A stretch of DNA of 64,000 nucleotides from Lama glama. Taxonomy: Eukaryota. Location: NCBI GenBank assembly GCA_028534125.1, contig CM052818.1:19966001-20030000 (forward strand), given 5' to 3'. The notes under the pieces were generated by a model that did not search any database, was not told the origin of the DNA, and saw only the letters and a program-made list of their open reading frames with translations. This document shows, piece by piece, positions 48,774 through 62,507 of this stretch (position 1 is the first letter of the stretch; each line of letters opens with the position of its first letter). The translations under genes and the position numbers were made by a program.

Positions 48774-50930
48774 CATACACCACAACTTCTTTATCCAGTC
48801 ATCTGTCAGTGGACATTTAGGTGTTTCCATGTCTTGGCTATTGCATATAGTGCTGTTACGAACATTGGGGTACATGTATCTTTTTGAATTAGAGTTCCCT
48901 CTGGATATATACCCAAAAGTGGGATTGCTGCATCATATAGGTCTATTTTCAGTTTTTTGAGGAATCTCCATACTGTTTTCCACAATGGCTGCACCAAACT
49001 ACATTCCCACCAGCAGTGTAGGAGGGTTCCCTTTTCTCCACACCCTCTCCAGCATTTATTGTTTGTGGACTTTTGGATGATGGCCATTCTGACTGGTGTG
49101 AGGTGATACCTCGTTATAGTTTTGATTTGCATTTCTTTGATAATTAGCTATATTGAGCATTTTTTTTTAATGTGTCTATTGGCCATTTGTATGTCTTTAT
49201 TAGAGAATTGCTAGTTTAGGTCCTCTGCCCATTTTTGGACTGGGTTGTTTGCTTTTTTCTTATTAAGTTGTATGAGCTGTTTATATATTCTGGAAAATAA
49301 GCCTTTGTCAGTTGCATCATTTGCAAATATTTTCTCCCATTCCGTAGGCTGTCTTTTTGTTTTGCTTATGGTTTCCTTTACTGTGCAAAAGCTTATAAGT
49401 TTAATTAGGTCCCACTTGTTTATTTTTGTTTTTATTTCTATTGCTTGGGTAGACTGCCCTGGGAGAACATTGCTGAGATTTATGTCAGAGAATGTTCTGC
49501 CTATGTTTACTTCAAGGAGATTTATTGTATCTTGTCCTATATTCAAGTCTTTAAGCCATTTTGAATTTATTTTTGTATATGGAGTGAGGGAGTGTTCTAA
49601 CTTCGATTTACATGTTGCTATTCAGGTTTCCCAATACCACTTGCTGAAGAGATTGTCTTTTCTCCATTGTATATTCCCATTTTATATTCTTGCCTCCTTT
49701 GTCAAAGATTAATTGATCAAAATTTGTGGGTTTATTTTTGGGCTCTCTATTCTTTTCCACTGATCCATATATCTGTTTTTGTACCAGTACCATGCTGTTC
49801 TGATTACTGTAGCTCTGTAGTATAGTCTGAAGTCTGGGAGGGTTATTCCTCCAGCTCCATTCTTTTTCTTCATTATTGTTTTGGCAATTCTGAGTCTTTT
49901 GTGATTCTATATAACTTTTAGAATTATTTGTTCTAGTTCTGTGAAAAATGTCATGGGTAATTTGATATGGATCTCATCAAATCTGTAGGTTGCTTTGGGT
50001 AGTATGGCCATTTTAACAATATAAATTCTTCCAATGCTAGAACATGGGATATCTTTCCATTTCTTTAAGTCATCTTAAATTTCCGTAGTCAACATTTTAT
50101 ATTTCTTTACGTATAAGTCTTTCACTTCCTTGGTCAGATTTATTCCTAAGTATTTTAATTTTTGGATGCAATTTTAAAAGGGATTGTTTCTTTACTTTCC
50201 TTTTCAGATGTTTCGTTATTAATGTAAAGAAATGCAACTGATTTCTGTATGTTAATCTTGTATCCTGCTGCCTTGCCAAATTCTTTTATCAGCTCTAGTA
50301 TTTTTTGTGTGGAGTCTTTAGGGTTTTCATATATAGTGTCATGTCATATACATATTGTGACAGTTTTCCCTTTTATCTTCCAATTTGGGTCCCTTTTATT
50401 TCTTTTTCTCATCTGATTGGTATGGCTAAGACTTCCAATACTACGCTGAATAGAAGTGGTGAGAGTGGGCATCCTTGTCTTGTTTCAGATTTTAGCAGGA
50501 AGGCTTTCAACTTTTCACTGTTGAGTGTTATGCTGGATGTAGGTTTGTCATAAATAGCTTTCATTTTGTTGAAATATGTTCCCTTTATACTCACTGTGGT
50601 TAGAGTTTTTATCATAAATGGATGCTGAATTTTACTGAATGCTTTTTCTGCATCTATTGAGATGATCATGTGATTTTTGTCTTTTCTCTTGTTGATGTGG
50701 TGTATCGTGTTGATTGATTTGCATGTGTTGAGCCATCCTTGTCTCCCTGGGATGAACCCAACTTGGTCATGGTGTATAATCTTTTTTATGTGTTGTTGGA
50801 TTCTGTTTGCTAGTATTTTGTTGAGGATTTTTACATCTATGTTCATCAACGATATTGATTAAGTTTTGGTGGACTATATGTTTCTAGAAACTTGTCCATT
50901 TCTTCTAAGTTGTCTGATTTATTGCCGTAT
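48267..50930 (-). mobile_element. Young L1, 5'-truncated (about 2.7 kb) with RT domain and an internal deletion near 50860
   Basis: ORF 50409-50849 gives [33 protein letters not shown]...DAEKAF...[11 protein letters not shown]. Further ORF2 peptides, 3'UTR and T-tail at 48267. Confidence 0.96.
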
Positions 50931-51740
50931 TATATTGAACGACATTTTCAATCAACAGGACCATTGATACTTTATAGAATACCCAGTAACTGCAGAATAC
51001 ACATTTTTGTCAAATGTACACAGAAAATATACCAAGATAGAACAAATTCTGGGCTATAGAGCAAGTCTCAATACATTTAGAAGGAATTAAGTCATATAAA
51101 ATATGTTCTCTGACCACAGTGGAATTAGACTAGAGATAAATAAATGAATGATGCCTGGAAAATTCCCAAATGTTTAGAAACTCTGTAACACACTTCTAAA
51201 TAACACATGGGTTGAAGAAATAGATATTAGAAAGTATTTTAAACTGAATGAAAATGAAAACACAGAATTTCAAAACTTGTGCAATACAACTGAAACAGTA
51301 CCTGTGGGGAAAATCATAGCACTGAAATGCCTACATTAGTGAAGAAGAAGGTCTCCAAATAATGACCTCAGCTTTCACCTTAAGAAAGAATAAGAAGAAC
51401 AAATAAAACCCAAAATGTAAGCAGAAAAGGGAAATTATAGAGACCAGAGAGGAAATCAGTGAAAAAGTAAGTATATTCAAACATCATAAATAGAGAAAAA
51501 TCAAAAGCTGGTTTTGTGAGAAGATCAAGAAAAATGACAAGCCCCCTTGTCAGACTTACCAGGAAAAACAGAAAGCACAGATGACCTGTGTCAGGAAGGA
51601 GAAGTCATGTCACTTTGAAGAGGGTAATAAGGAAATATTGTGAACAACTTTGTCAGTAAGTTTGACAACTTAGATGAAATAGAAAAATTCCTTAAAAGAC
51701 ACACACTTTTTTTTTCACTCAAAAGAAATGAGTAGTTTGA
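50931..51740 (+). mobile_element. Old L1M ORF2 endonuclease-region fragment, right part of the nested structure
   Basis: gcagaatacacatttttgtcaaatgtacacagaa...tgttctctgaccacagtggaattagactagagat (FSDH motif)...aagtttgacaacttagatgaaat. Confidence 0.8.
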
Positions 51741-54397
51741 ATGTTAAATAAATTGAATTTGAATGTGCCTGGACTACAGGAGAATTATATTTTTGACAAT
51801 ATGCTTATTTTCGCTAATCTGGCTTTCTTTCAAGCAAGAGTGCATACTTCTGTGTTCATGTGCATTCACATGTGCACCGGAGAGATTTTTCACAACTTTT
51901 CTGTAATTAAAATAATTTTCAAGTTTTATGAAATGAAAATGAGTGCCAAGTGGTTGAGGGAAAAGCTCTGTCCTTCCGAGCTGAGCTGCAGACAGAAAAT
52001 TTCCGAGGACTGAATATATGGAGATACAAGAAACTCCATGCTTCTCAGCATTTGCAGGGATTAAGAACGTGTGCTGTCAGGAGCTGTCAGCCGTGGAAAA
52101 CCACGAGTGCTTATGTTGTGAGGGATCCTCCAAGGCATGGGAGAGGGGCAGGGGCAGCACTCCAAGTCAGCTCAGTGCCTGGGAGCTGCCATATTTCCTG
52201 GGCTCTGCTTCTGCTCTGAGAAAGGGCTTTCTGAGCTGAGGATGAGGTGCCAGTGTAAGACACATGGGTCCGTTTTCCCCAGAATCTTGGACAATCTTGA
52301 TGTCCTTGAATTTAGGACATCGCCATCTGTCCCACTTTGGTTCGTGGGTACTAAGCTTCTGGCCCTCCTCATCTCTGGAGGGTCACCGGCCGGAAGCTGG
52401 GAGACTGGGAAGAATTCTCACCCCTATTCCCTGAGAAATGTGTAAACAGGAAAATAGGGCCATGTTGAAGGGAGACAAAAAAAGGACACTGGCAGTGAGA
52501 GAAGTGGGAGAACTGGAGACACTGGAGTGAGATGGGGAGACAGCATGGGCTTCAGGAAGCTGTGCCTCTGGGATTGTGTGCGGTCAGGTGACAGCAGGTG
52601 TCTGGGGGCCATGTGCCCAGGAGGCAGGGAGAGAAGAGGCGGGGCTGGCAGTACTATAGTGCTTTCAGATACACATGCTCTATAATGTTCTGTTACTTAA
52701 ACTTTTAAAATTCCTCTGAGGTTAGAAGGCTTGTTCTGTATTTCAGATATTTGTAGATGATCTGGCGAAGGGGACCGCGGCTGCCAGCCACATTCCAGAA
52801 GCTAATACCTGGGAGGATTTGTATGACAGATTACTCAATTCGTGTGTTACAGATAAGCGTATGGATGGCATTCCTGTGGATTATTAAGGGCTACTTAGGG
52901 CACTTGGGAATGTCTCTGTTTCGAGTTTAATTCCACAAATCCCTGATGAGTACACACTTTGGGCCCCCAGCCTGGGCTGGATTTTCTGGGCCTGGGTTCC
53001 GGGCGCTGCCAGCAGGAGCTTTCAGGCCAGTGAAGGAAATGGGGCAAATTAGACAAGAATCAGAGAGAGACTGACGCTCAGAGTAGGAGAGACAGAGGAG
53101 GCACCCGGGCAAATGCAGAGGCAGGACCACTGTGGACTGGAGTTTGGGAAAGGACTGGTCTTAAGCTGAGAGGACTTAGGACAGGTATCAGATGGCCAAC
53201 ATAGGGTGACTTTTCCAATGTTATGAAATGTTCAACAACTCGAGTACAACGCATCAGTCAGGTGACTAAAAATTAGTCTAGAGGTTTAGGATTTAAGGGA
53301 CTAGCAATGGCTGTGTGGCTCCATCTAGAAAGATCCCTTGGGATCACTGTATGGAGGAGACACCAGGCCCTGGGAAGGATGTGAGCAGCCCAGGGCCCCT
53401 GCACATGTTTGTAGGCACCGTTTCCTCCAGGGAGATGGGAGAGAAGGTGCACTGGCTTCAGTCTGCAGCACTGAGGTTATCAGAGTTCTTTAGCTTTCCT
53501 CACAGGCGGGAGGGATTCCTCCCGCTGTCCAATTGTGGGGAATGTTGGTGAGGCCATAACCCAGGAGCACTGTGGGGAGAGGGTCCTATTTTGAAGTCCT
53601 TGTCTGCCTGTGTCCTCTTTTATTAGAATCAGGGACACCAGAAGACAGGGATGGGGTCTAGGGATCTTGACTGTCCAGCACACATTGTTTTTTTGGATTT
53701 TAAGTAATTCTTTTTCAGGACTTTATAATGTTGCACTGCATGAGCAGTTCAAAGTTTAACAAGCTAGTACTCTTTCAGAGGAGAGCCAGGTTGCTTCTGT
53801 CTACAAACAGTATCACCATGTCAAATTTTATGATTTCTTGAAGAGGAAAGTCTTGGGTGTGAACTAGAAAACAATCGAAGAAAGGAAATCTGAGCCAAGG
53901 ACTACAAAGTGGGCAAAGAAACTTGAAACCAGCGTATGAGCGGCCGTAGTCAGTGCTCTTTCTGCCTCCCTGATGACACGTGAGGCTGTGTGTTCTCAGT
54001 ACCTGCCACTGCCCTGCGTGAGGTCCACTTGGGTGCTGTGTGAAAGTAGCTGAATTTTAATTTTCTCTACACAGCACAGGAAGTGTGGGCCCCTCTCTAG
54101 AACAGCCTGAGCAGGGAAATTCAAAATTGCAATGACATTTTTCCACTTTGTCAGGGGATAACTGGCTTTACAAAACCTTTAACTGATAATCACTATGCAT
54201 CTGAAATGTTTTATTCCTGATCCCACTAGTGGGACTTCTGATTGGGAGAGGAGATGGAAATTAGGGGGACTTGAAACCAAAAGGTTGGGAGTCCCTGTCT
54301 CCTTGATGGGAAAAACAGTAAGTACAGTCAAAGCACAGGATTCAATTTACAGGAGTTCAGGCAAGTCACAAACAAACAAACAAACAAAAAAAACCCA

Positions 54398-54498
54398 GGA
54401 AGAAGCATATAGCTCAGCGGTAGAGCACATGCTTAGCATGCACGAGGTCCTGGGTTCAATCCCCTGTACCTCCATTAAAAAACAAAACAAAACAAAAC
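54398..54498 (+). mobile_element. tRNA-Ala(AGC)-derived SINE, camelid vic-1-like
   Basis: tatagctcagcggtagagcacatgcttagcatgcacgaggtcctgggttcaatcccctgtacctcca has A and B boxes and the AGC anticodon, a broken acceptor stem, and an A-rich tail. Confidence 0.85.
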
Positions 54499-55244
54499 TA
54501 CAGCTAGAAAGTAAGGCAAACATTTACTGAGCTTCAGAGTCAGCTCTATGGTAGAACCGCAGAATCTCAGCATTGGAAAGAACTCTTGACCCTGCCCTGC
54601 TGAGTGTATGTGGTCTCCTGGGAGCCTTTGGCACAGGGCATTTCCTGGGGCAGGGAGGTCACTACCCCCATGAGATACCTGTGGATGCTTTTATTGTGGG
54701 CAAACTCTTCCTCCAGTGGCGATGTCATCTGCCTCCCTTGGAGGCCATCAGTTCTATCCTGTGGAGCGACACCAAGCAGGCCTGTCCACCTTCCAGCTGC
54801 CTGTGGCCATCATCGTGCTTCTCTCGAGTCTGCTCCAGTCCAGCCTAAGCACCCTCATTCCTGCTTGTTCCTCATCAGACAAGGTTCCCAGACCCTTGCC
54901 ATCCTGGTCTGTACCCTCCAGGCAAAGGCCAGTCTGTCAATGTCTAGAAACACTGTGGTACCTGTCATGACGTTTTGGTGACTAGGACTTGATGAGCAAT
55001 CCTACTGAAACCCTCTGGGGGTAGAGGAAACCTCCTTGCAGTGGAGGATTTTCTGTTTTGTGGGACAGTAAGAGTAACAAACAGAAAAATCAGACCTACT
55101 GATTCCGCCTGACTTCAGTTGTTTATTGGCTCACTAATGATGGGGCTCGTTATTTCTCAGGGTCATCAGGGGGATAAAGGGGCATCAGAAAAGAACAGCT
55201 GGGCTTGGCCTGCCTCTTCCCAGCACAGAAAATAGGATCTCTTC

Positions 55245-55400
55245 CATTTTTAGTCCTAGAATGTAAGAGCTGCAGAATTCTTAGAGGTCACTTCCATCAA
55301 CCTCCTGATGGTCATATGGAAAGACAAATGCCCAGAGAGGTTAAGTGACCTGCCCAAGATCACAGAAAGATTTAATGACAGGCCCTAAGCCAGAGCCCAG
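55245..55400 (-). mobile_element. MIR SINE
   Basis: gcccagagaggttaagtgacctgcccaagatcacag. Confidence 0.7.
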
Positions 55401-56309
55401 ATCTCTAGGGTTCTTTCCATTAATTTCTGCCGCCTCTACCTCTCTCCTCTGATGCTCTCAGACTCAACCTCTGTACCTCCCCCGGACCACAAAACTCTTT
55501 GTCTCTCTGACCATTATTCTTACCTGAAAGCTTCACTAAAAATACACAAACACCAAAGTCAGAAGGTGCCTTGGCACCTATTTTTTTTTTCTCATGAGAA
55601 TATTTTGTACTGTGGTTTGTGGAGGAAGCTGACTTTAGCAATCTAGGTGATGTGGTGGTTATCATGAGAGAACAGTGGCCGTTGAGTCATGTGTGTGTCT
55701 AAATATGTCAGCAGGTGCAAGAGCTGTCTTGTCTCACTGGGGCTACAGGAAATGTATTCACCCAAATATACAAGTCACAGATAGGTCAGAGAGCACAGTG
55801 CCGGGGGTCAATCTAACTACAGTGTGGTTTCCATAGACGTGCGGCTTCTCTAGGGTCAGGGAAACAGAAATGCCCGTGTCTAGAAAATGCCTGAGTGTTC
55901 ATGTGGACACCTGTAGGGAGAAAACTCATCTAAACAACATTTTTGCAGAGTCGAGGGCCATCTTTCATTTGAGCCTCTGGACTACTCACTGTCTGTAGAA
56001 TATATCGTGGACATTCCAATTTGTTCTTTTGTTTCTCTATGCTTTCCATTCATCCACTCATTCAGTAACTATTTCTGAGCTCCTCTTTTATGCCAGCAAC
56101 TCTCCCATCTTCCCTGCCTATCTGAATTCTACTCTGAATCCTTTAGGATTCACTGGACTCCCAGATCCTTTGGGATGCCTTTGTTGTCCACCGCAGCCCA
56201 CAGAATTCTCCCTCTGCTCTTCGTACTGCCTTTCCCCCATCTGCTTTGTACACTTAACGCTTTCATGGGTAGGCTTTGTCCTACCAACTGGATAAACTGA
56301 ACATTCATT

Positions 56310-56500
56310 TAGCCATTTGCAGTTAATCAAGTTCGTGTGTATTTTCACATTTCATTTTCATAACATTAGGTTAGTATTATCCTCATTACAAAAGTGGGAA
56401 AACTGAGGGCTCAGACGGTTGAAGAACCTTGCTTGTCACATGGCTGGAGGTAATAGTGCAAAACTCAAAACTCTGGTTTATCCATCTGACTCTAAATCTA
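56310..56500 (-). mobile_element. MIR SINE
   Basis: tattatcctcattacaaaagtgggaaaactgagggctcagacggttgaagaaccttgc. Confidence 0.65.
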
Positions 56501-57134
56501 CTTTTTCTCTTTCACCACTCTGTACTCATCTTAAATTTCCTTTCACTCTCTATTGAGTCTTACACATTGTTGATACTCAACTGCATCCTCCCTGATGGCA
56601 TTGTTCTGAGGTTTTCTATCTAGTTTAACAGTTACATATTTACTTGGAAACCACCACAGAAAGAAATATGGAAATGTTAGATTGTACTGTTTCTAGTGTT
56701 ACTTAACTTCTTGGGTTGGCCCTGGCAGAAGATGAAGAAGAAGATGAAATAAATACATTACCATTATAAGGAAGCTTATTAATACACAGTCATCACATCG
56801 CACCCTACCGGCCAGAACAGAAGTTCATTTCTGGGGAGCGGGAGGAGGGGCAGGAGGAGAGGGAGGGTGCTACCAAGTTGGCCTAAACAGATGACTTGAT
56901 AACTGACATCTAGTGAAATTCCTCACTTCTCATCTAAGTGCCTTAGCATCCACATCAGTGCAGTTCAAGTTTGCCATTTAAGTAGGGAATTTGGCCTTGT
57001 TTGCATGTTTATTTTTTTATGTGGGCTCCGGCAGGTTTCTACTCTAGCATGCTTAAATTATTTCCACTCTCTTGATTCAAAATTATGCCACCAAATTAGT
57101 AAGGTTCCTTCCTTTGCTGGGTACCAGATTGATC

Positions 57135-57570
57135 TATTTACATAGGTAATCATGTCATCTGTGAGTAAAGAGTTTCATTTCTTCCTTTACATTTTATTTA
57201 CTTACCTTATTGCAGTAGCTAGGACTTCCAGTATGATTGTGAAGAGGAATAGTGAGAGTGGACATCTTGGCCTTGTTCCTGATCATAGGGGAAAAGCCAC
57301 CTATTTCTTACTGTAGTAAGAATATTGATATTAATATATTAGTGTAGTTATTTGTAGATGTTCTTTATCAAATTGATGAAGTTCCCTTCTTTTCCTAATT
57401 TGCCAAGGGGGTTCTTACCATGAATGGGTGTTAGATTTTGTCAAAGGCCTTTTATGAATAAATTAATATAATCATATTTTTTTTCTTTTTTAGCTTATTG
57501 ATGTTTTGGGTTACACTGATTTGTTTTTAAGACATTAGATTCTATTTGTTAACATTTTGTTGAGGATTCA
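57135..57570 (-). mobile_element. Old L1 ORF2 (RT region) fragment
   Basis: gctaggacttccagtatg...gtgagagtggacatcttggccttgttcctgat...catgaatgggtgttagattttgtcaaa. Confidence 0.8.
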
Positions 57571-58254
57571 GTTGCTCTATTTAAGCCACAGCTGTTAATA
57601 ATTACTCCCTTGTTTAAAAGCCCCAGTGACTCTCAAATGCAATCAATGAAAATCCGCATTCCTTAGTCATTCAAAGCCCTCCATAATCTGGTCTCTGTTC
57701 TTCTTTCCCACTATTTCCTTGATATCTGCTCTGTTGCCCTAAATATGCTCTATACTTTCTTGCTATCCTGTGTTTATTTGAATATTCTGTTCCCTTCATT
57801 TGGGACTAGGCATAACATTCAACTTTTTTCTACTCCAATTTTCTGAAATCTTATTTTTCTTCAATACCCAGCTCAATTTATAACCCCTTTTTCATACTGG
57901 GAGTTATGTCTTTTTCATCTTTATCTTCTGAATCAGAGTGTCTCATATGTAAGGTGCTTATGAAAGGACCTGAAATTCAACTTTGGCCTCATTTCGCAGA
58001 ATCTTTCAGTCTTTGTTTTCTCATTCCGGATAGTTAAATCATCTAGTTCAGCTTTCGAGCAGAGTAGCAATCCCCTATATATTATCTCAGAAAGTTGTTC
58101 CTGTGATAAAGCATTCACTTTCTCATGGACTATTCTGTTGCTGGACCTTGTAAGTGTTATAAGGTTTATGCGATACTGAGCTAAGCTTTGCTCACCTTTG
58201 ACTTCCATTCAACAGTCAGTGGAGGAGCTTGTGTCTTTCATAATGTGCTTTTAG

Positions 58255-58510
58255 GCAGACAGCACAGTGGAGTGGGAAGAACTTAGGCTTTAGCACTGAG
58301 CAGTCTTGGGATCAAAATCAGCTCTGCTACTTAGTACCTATACTGTCTTGGATGAGTCAGTGGATCTGCCAGAGCCTCTGTTTCCCCATCTGTAAAATAG
58401 GGACAATATCTTTCTAGGAGAATTTTTAGAATGAATGACAAAGTGTATGCCTGAAATAAATTATGTAAAGTTTCAAGTGCAGGACCTGCAATAAAGTAAG
58501 TATTCATCAA
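58255..58510 (+). mobile_element. MIR SINE
   Basis: cagctctgctacttagtacc...gagcctctgtttccccatctgtaaaataggga. Confidence 0.75.
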
Positions 58511-61159
58511 TAAATTAAGTAAGTAAGTATTCATCAATAAAGCAATTATTGAGCTCCCACAGTGTACACAATACTGGGTGCCATGGGGAATCAAGAATGT
58601 ATAAACTAATCCTTCTCACTTAAGGCTAATTTGAGTTGTGTCCCAGATTTATTGTTCCAGGTGAAGTGAAGTGAAAATTTTGTCCCTTCACTTGCTGAGG
58701 GGATGAGTCTAGCTTGGAAGATGAGAGTTGTGATTTCTGATGGGGACCGTGTCATAGTTTCTTGGCATCAGAACTCGCCTCCTAGAATTGATATAAGATC
58801 AGTTCAGTTGAAGTTGCCAGTGGTGGTTTGGAAAGGCCAGACTGTCAGCATGATGCTTGTGTGGGAAGGAAAAAGTGAAACAGGCCCTCAGTGGGTGCTG
58901 GGTGAGCAGAACAAGCTGCAGACAGTGGGCAAGAGGGGGAAAAACAAATGAAAATTCCTTAGAACTTCCTTTTACGTCATCAGAAGACTTTGTGGGGACA
59001 AGTGTCTATTTTCAAAGGCAATAATTCATAGTGATATCCAAGCGTTTTCTTTTTTAACATCGGTATATGCTTCCTCCTCCCCCCCCTTTCTCATGCTGCT
59101 GCTCTCATTTGGTGACTTGTAAAGATGACTCTACATAGCTCATTTTGGTTAGGCCAATGCAGTGGGCGTTTTTTTGTTTGTTTGTTTTGTTTTGTTTTAA
59201 TCCATGAACTGGTATTAAGGGTCTAAGTGCCCTGGGCAGTTTATTGAATGTTTTGTGGCATTAAATGTTTTCCTTGGTGGGCAATCAGTGATGGCTGCCT
59301 TGAACAGTGGCTAGGCTGACATGCCAGTGGCTGATTTCTATGATGTACAGCTTTTGGGACTTTGCCACAGGTCGGAACAGATGCAAACTAATTCCTGTGG
59401 GAAACTTTGCTGCTCTTCTTGGCCCCCTTCCGGGTGGAGTTCAGTGGATTTTCGTGCTGGCTCCAATCCTGATTAGGCTCCTGAACTTGGCAAAAGAGGA
59501 CATTGGCCCCACCTTCCACTTGGCCTATGGCCAAAACATATTCAGTCTTCCTTTAGCAGGAACAATAGATTCTCTGAACCTCAAGCTTTTGCCTGATAAA
59601 TTCAAACTCTGCAGCTATTCTTATCAGAAGCTCATTTTAAAGAAATAATGTTCAAGGAGGATTACGTGAAGGATAAGCCATTCATCTGTTTCTCGATATT
59701 CTAAATATTATTCTTGGGTCAAAGGGTATCATCAGATGGCTGCAGACTTGGACTGCATTGTCTTGGTCTTTCAAATAATCTATTTTGATGAATTGAACTT
59801 TGACCTGTGCCATTAGTCTAGACTGAAGAATAGCCCGTTGAAACCTGCTGTTGCAGTCATTGTGGGTCATTATTAAAGGAAGGACTCATTCCAACCCACT
59901 ACATCGGAGCAGGGAGAAAATACCCCTTGGTTTCAATACCAGTATGAGCTATGCGTCACGTGGACACTTTTCACCTTTTAGAAACCAGGAGACTTGTAAC
60001 CAATGTTACCCTCTGTGTATTTGCCTTGGGAAACATACTGTCAAATTTGTGTTCCTTTTTCTACCTTGCATGGTGTCTTACTCCTTGCTTTTGTCTCTCA
60101 ATCCAGTCTTTTCATGGAAACAAAACTTCAGTTGTATGGATATCTGTAACTGGCACAAATCCCTTTCTGAGCAGATCAGGACAAGTCTAAATTTGTAAAA
60201 GCCTGCTCTCCCTTGATGAAGGTCAGCATGGTATGTGGGAAATTCCAGAGGAAAGAGCGAAGGGGAGGGCATTCTCCTTAGAGAACAAAGGTTAGCATCT
60301 GTTTGCATCTCAGTTCTGCAAAACTCTCCTCTAACTCTCACTGGTTGCATGCACTCAGGTCATGGACTTTAGTTTTCTTAGGAAATCATGGGAGATGTTC
60401 CAGAAGTGGAAGTCTGGGCCCATTGACCAAAAATGCAGTCATACTGGGTAGGTGATTGGGGTCACAACCAAAACCAAACACATCTTTTGTCAAGACCCCC
60501 CAGTCCAGTCTGCCTCACTTCTGGGGTGACCAGTGGCTGCTCTGAGTACTCACCTACCCGCTGTACTGCAGAGCCTCCAGAGTTCCATGTGTCTCTGGGG
60601 TTCTGCTTGTATCTGTAGGTCTCTATCTTTACTTCACTGCCAAAGAGACAGGAGGGCCAGGGAGCTCTATACAGCCCTGAGGATGAGGCAGAGATACTTG
60701 GGATGACCCCTAGGAGAAGTCACAGGCTCTTCAAGCTGAGAATGGCCTCTCCCCTTGAAGTGCCCTCACTCCTTGTGTGCTGTGCCCTTTTCTCAGCCAA
60801 TAGCAGTCTCCTGAGTGCCATGCATCCTTCAGGGCTCATTCACGTCCTTGGAGTTCTTTCCACACCACTAATAATTATCCCTTCACACCTGGAATTTGAG
60901 CAACCTTAGGTCTAGAGCATGCTTGGCCCCTAAATTCTGCTGTCCCTGTGGCTAGGCCATGTCATTTGTCCATGGCTCTACTCCAACTAGATTGTAACTT
61001 CTTGAGGGCATCACGTATATTCTAACCTTGGTCTTATATCTCTCACAGACATTAACGTGATTCTGAGCACCAGTAGGTACTCAAAAATGTCTCCTCTTCC
61101 CCCCCTGTTGTTCTGCATTGTCCTCCTGCTATTCCTCCTCCTTCGGTTTGTGGGACTCT

Positions 61160-61550
61160 TTATTAATCAGTTTTGCTGCAGTACCAAGTAACCCCCAAAC
61201 CTCAGTGGCTTAGAAAACAGATTTGTTTGTCTGTCATGAACACTCCGGGTCAGCTGGGGCCCTGGTCCCCGTGTCTTCTCATCTGGGACCCCAGCTGAAG
61301 GGGAAGCCCTGATTTGAGATGAGCCATGGCTGAAAGAAAGAGTAAGGGAACTGGGAGAAACTCGTTGTCCATGGGGTTTTCTCTCTGTCATCTCCATTCA
61401 CATCCCCTTGGCTTGAGGAAGTTACATAGCCAACCTGACATAGGCAAGGATGTGAACCCCACCTGTAGGAATGCTCTTAGGTCACATGGCAATGGTGGGA
61501 TGTATGATCATCTTTTAAGGAAGGGAGCCAAGAGTTGGGAACAGTGAAAT
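61160..61550 (-). mobile_element. MaLR LTR (MLT1-type)
   Basis: cccccaaacctcagtggcttagaaaacagatttgttt...tgtcatctccattcacatcccc...aagttacatagccaacctgac. Confidence 0.65.
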
Positions 61551-62004
61551 GTTTTGCCACCAATTCCCACCAGGTGCCTGGCCCTGCTGGGACCATCACA
61601 TAAGGCAACGTATGTCCATCTGCAGGTAGAGTAGTTTTATGACATGTAATAATTTTAGCTTTATTTTATAATAAGGAAACAGAAACTCAAATGATTTAAG
61701 CAGTTTTTGAGTGAATGAATGCGTCAGACTGCTGGCGTCGAGGCCCCAGCGGCATTCTCCTTCTCCAGATACTGCTACTGGTACCACTCCTCAGCTTCCT
61801 ATGTGACCTATAGGAGAGCATTCAGTGGGTCTTAAAGGTTATTGTTATCTCTCCAGATTAAGGTATTTACATTTTAAAGGCGACTTTTGGAGATGCCTCA
61901 ATTCCTAATGGTGAGTCTGACGGTGGAAACTTCAAGCACCATCCGCATGTAGGGCTGAGGGAGCCTTGTTAATAATGCATGTGAAGGCTCTCTTAGTAAA
62001 TGTT

Positions 62005-62260
62005 CCAAATTGCTGATCTCAAACTATTAGTGGGTTTTGACCTGAAATCAACTTAATGGGTCATTAAATTTTTTTTAAATTATATAAAATGGAATGAAGT
62101 AAAATGCATCAACCAGTGTCCCATATATTGGGGATAAGTATTGTTTCCTCAAATTTACGCCTCAGTTATGTGTGTGTATGTGTTATATGTATACAGAATT
62201 GTAATGTGAAATGTGTTTTTTATTGAGTTGCCATCAAAAGAGTTTTGAAAGCCCTTGCTT
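62005..62260 (+). mobile_element. hAT-Charlie MITE (MER112/Charlie4z-like)
   Basis: gaaatcaacttaatgggtc...gataagtattgtttc...cagttatgtgtgtg...aagagttttgaaagccc. Confidence 0.55.
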
Positions 62261-62507
62261 TAAATAATAACTCCTTTAGTTCCTTCACTGGGTCCATTCT
62301 TAGATCCAGTTCAATGAATAGCTTTGAAGGTCAAAGTCCATCTTTGTGTCCCCCTTCTGCCTTGGAGGGCTGACCTGCGTGACAAGGATGGGCTCTTCGA
62401 GGTATGCAGGACCTAGCCTAGGAGCAGGCATGCTGTAGGCTTCCAAAGTAGATGTGTCTGTTATGTTACCTTAGGTCTGCAAAAACAAGGTGGTTTTCTG
62501 AAGACCA

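Noticed and set aside
37813..50862. Several 100-180 aa ORFs
   Set aside because: Fragments or antisense frames of truncated, frameshifted L1 ORF2; no intact L1 is present.
54403..54474. Functional tRNA-Ala gene
   Set aside because: The 5' acceptor strand is disrupted and an A-rich tail follows instead of a T-run terminator, so it is a SINE.
57933..58208. 91-aa ATG-initiated minus-strand ORF
   Set aside because: No recognisable homology or gene context; it lies between L2 and MIR remnants.
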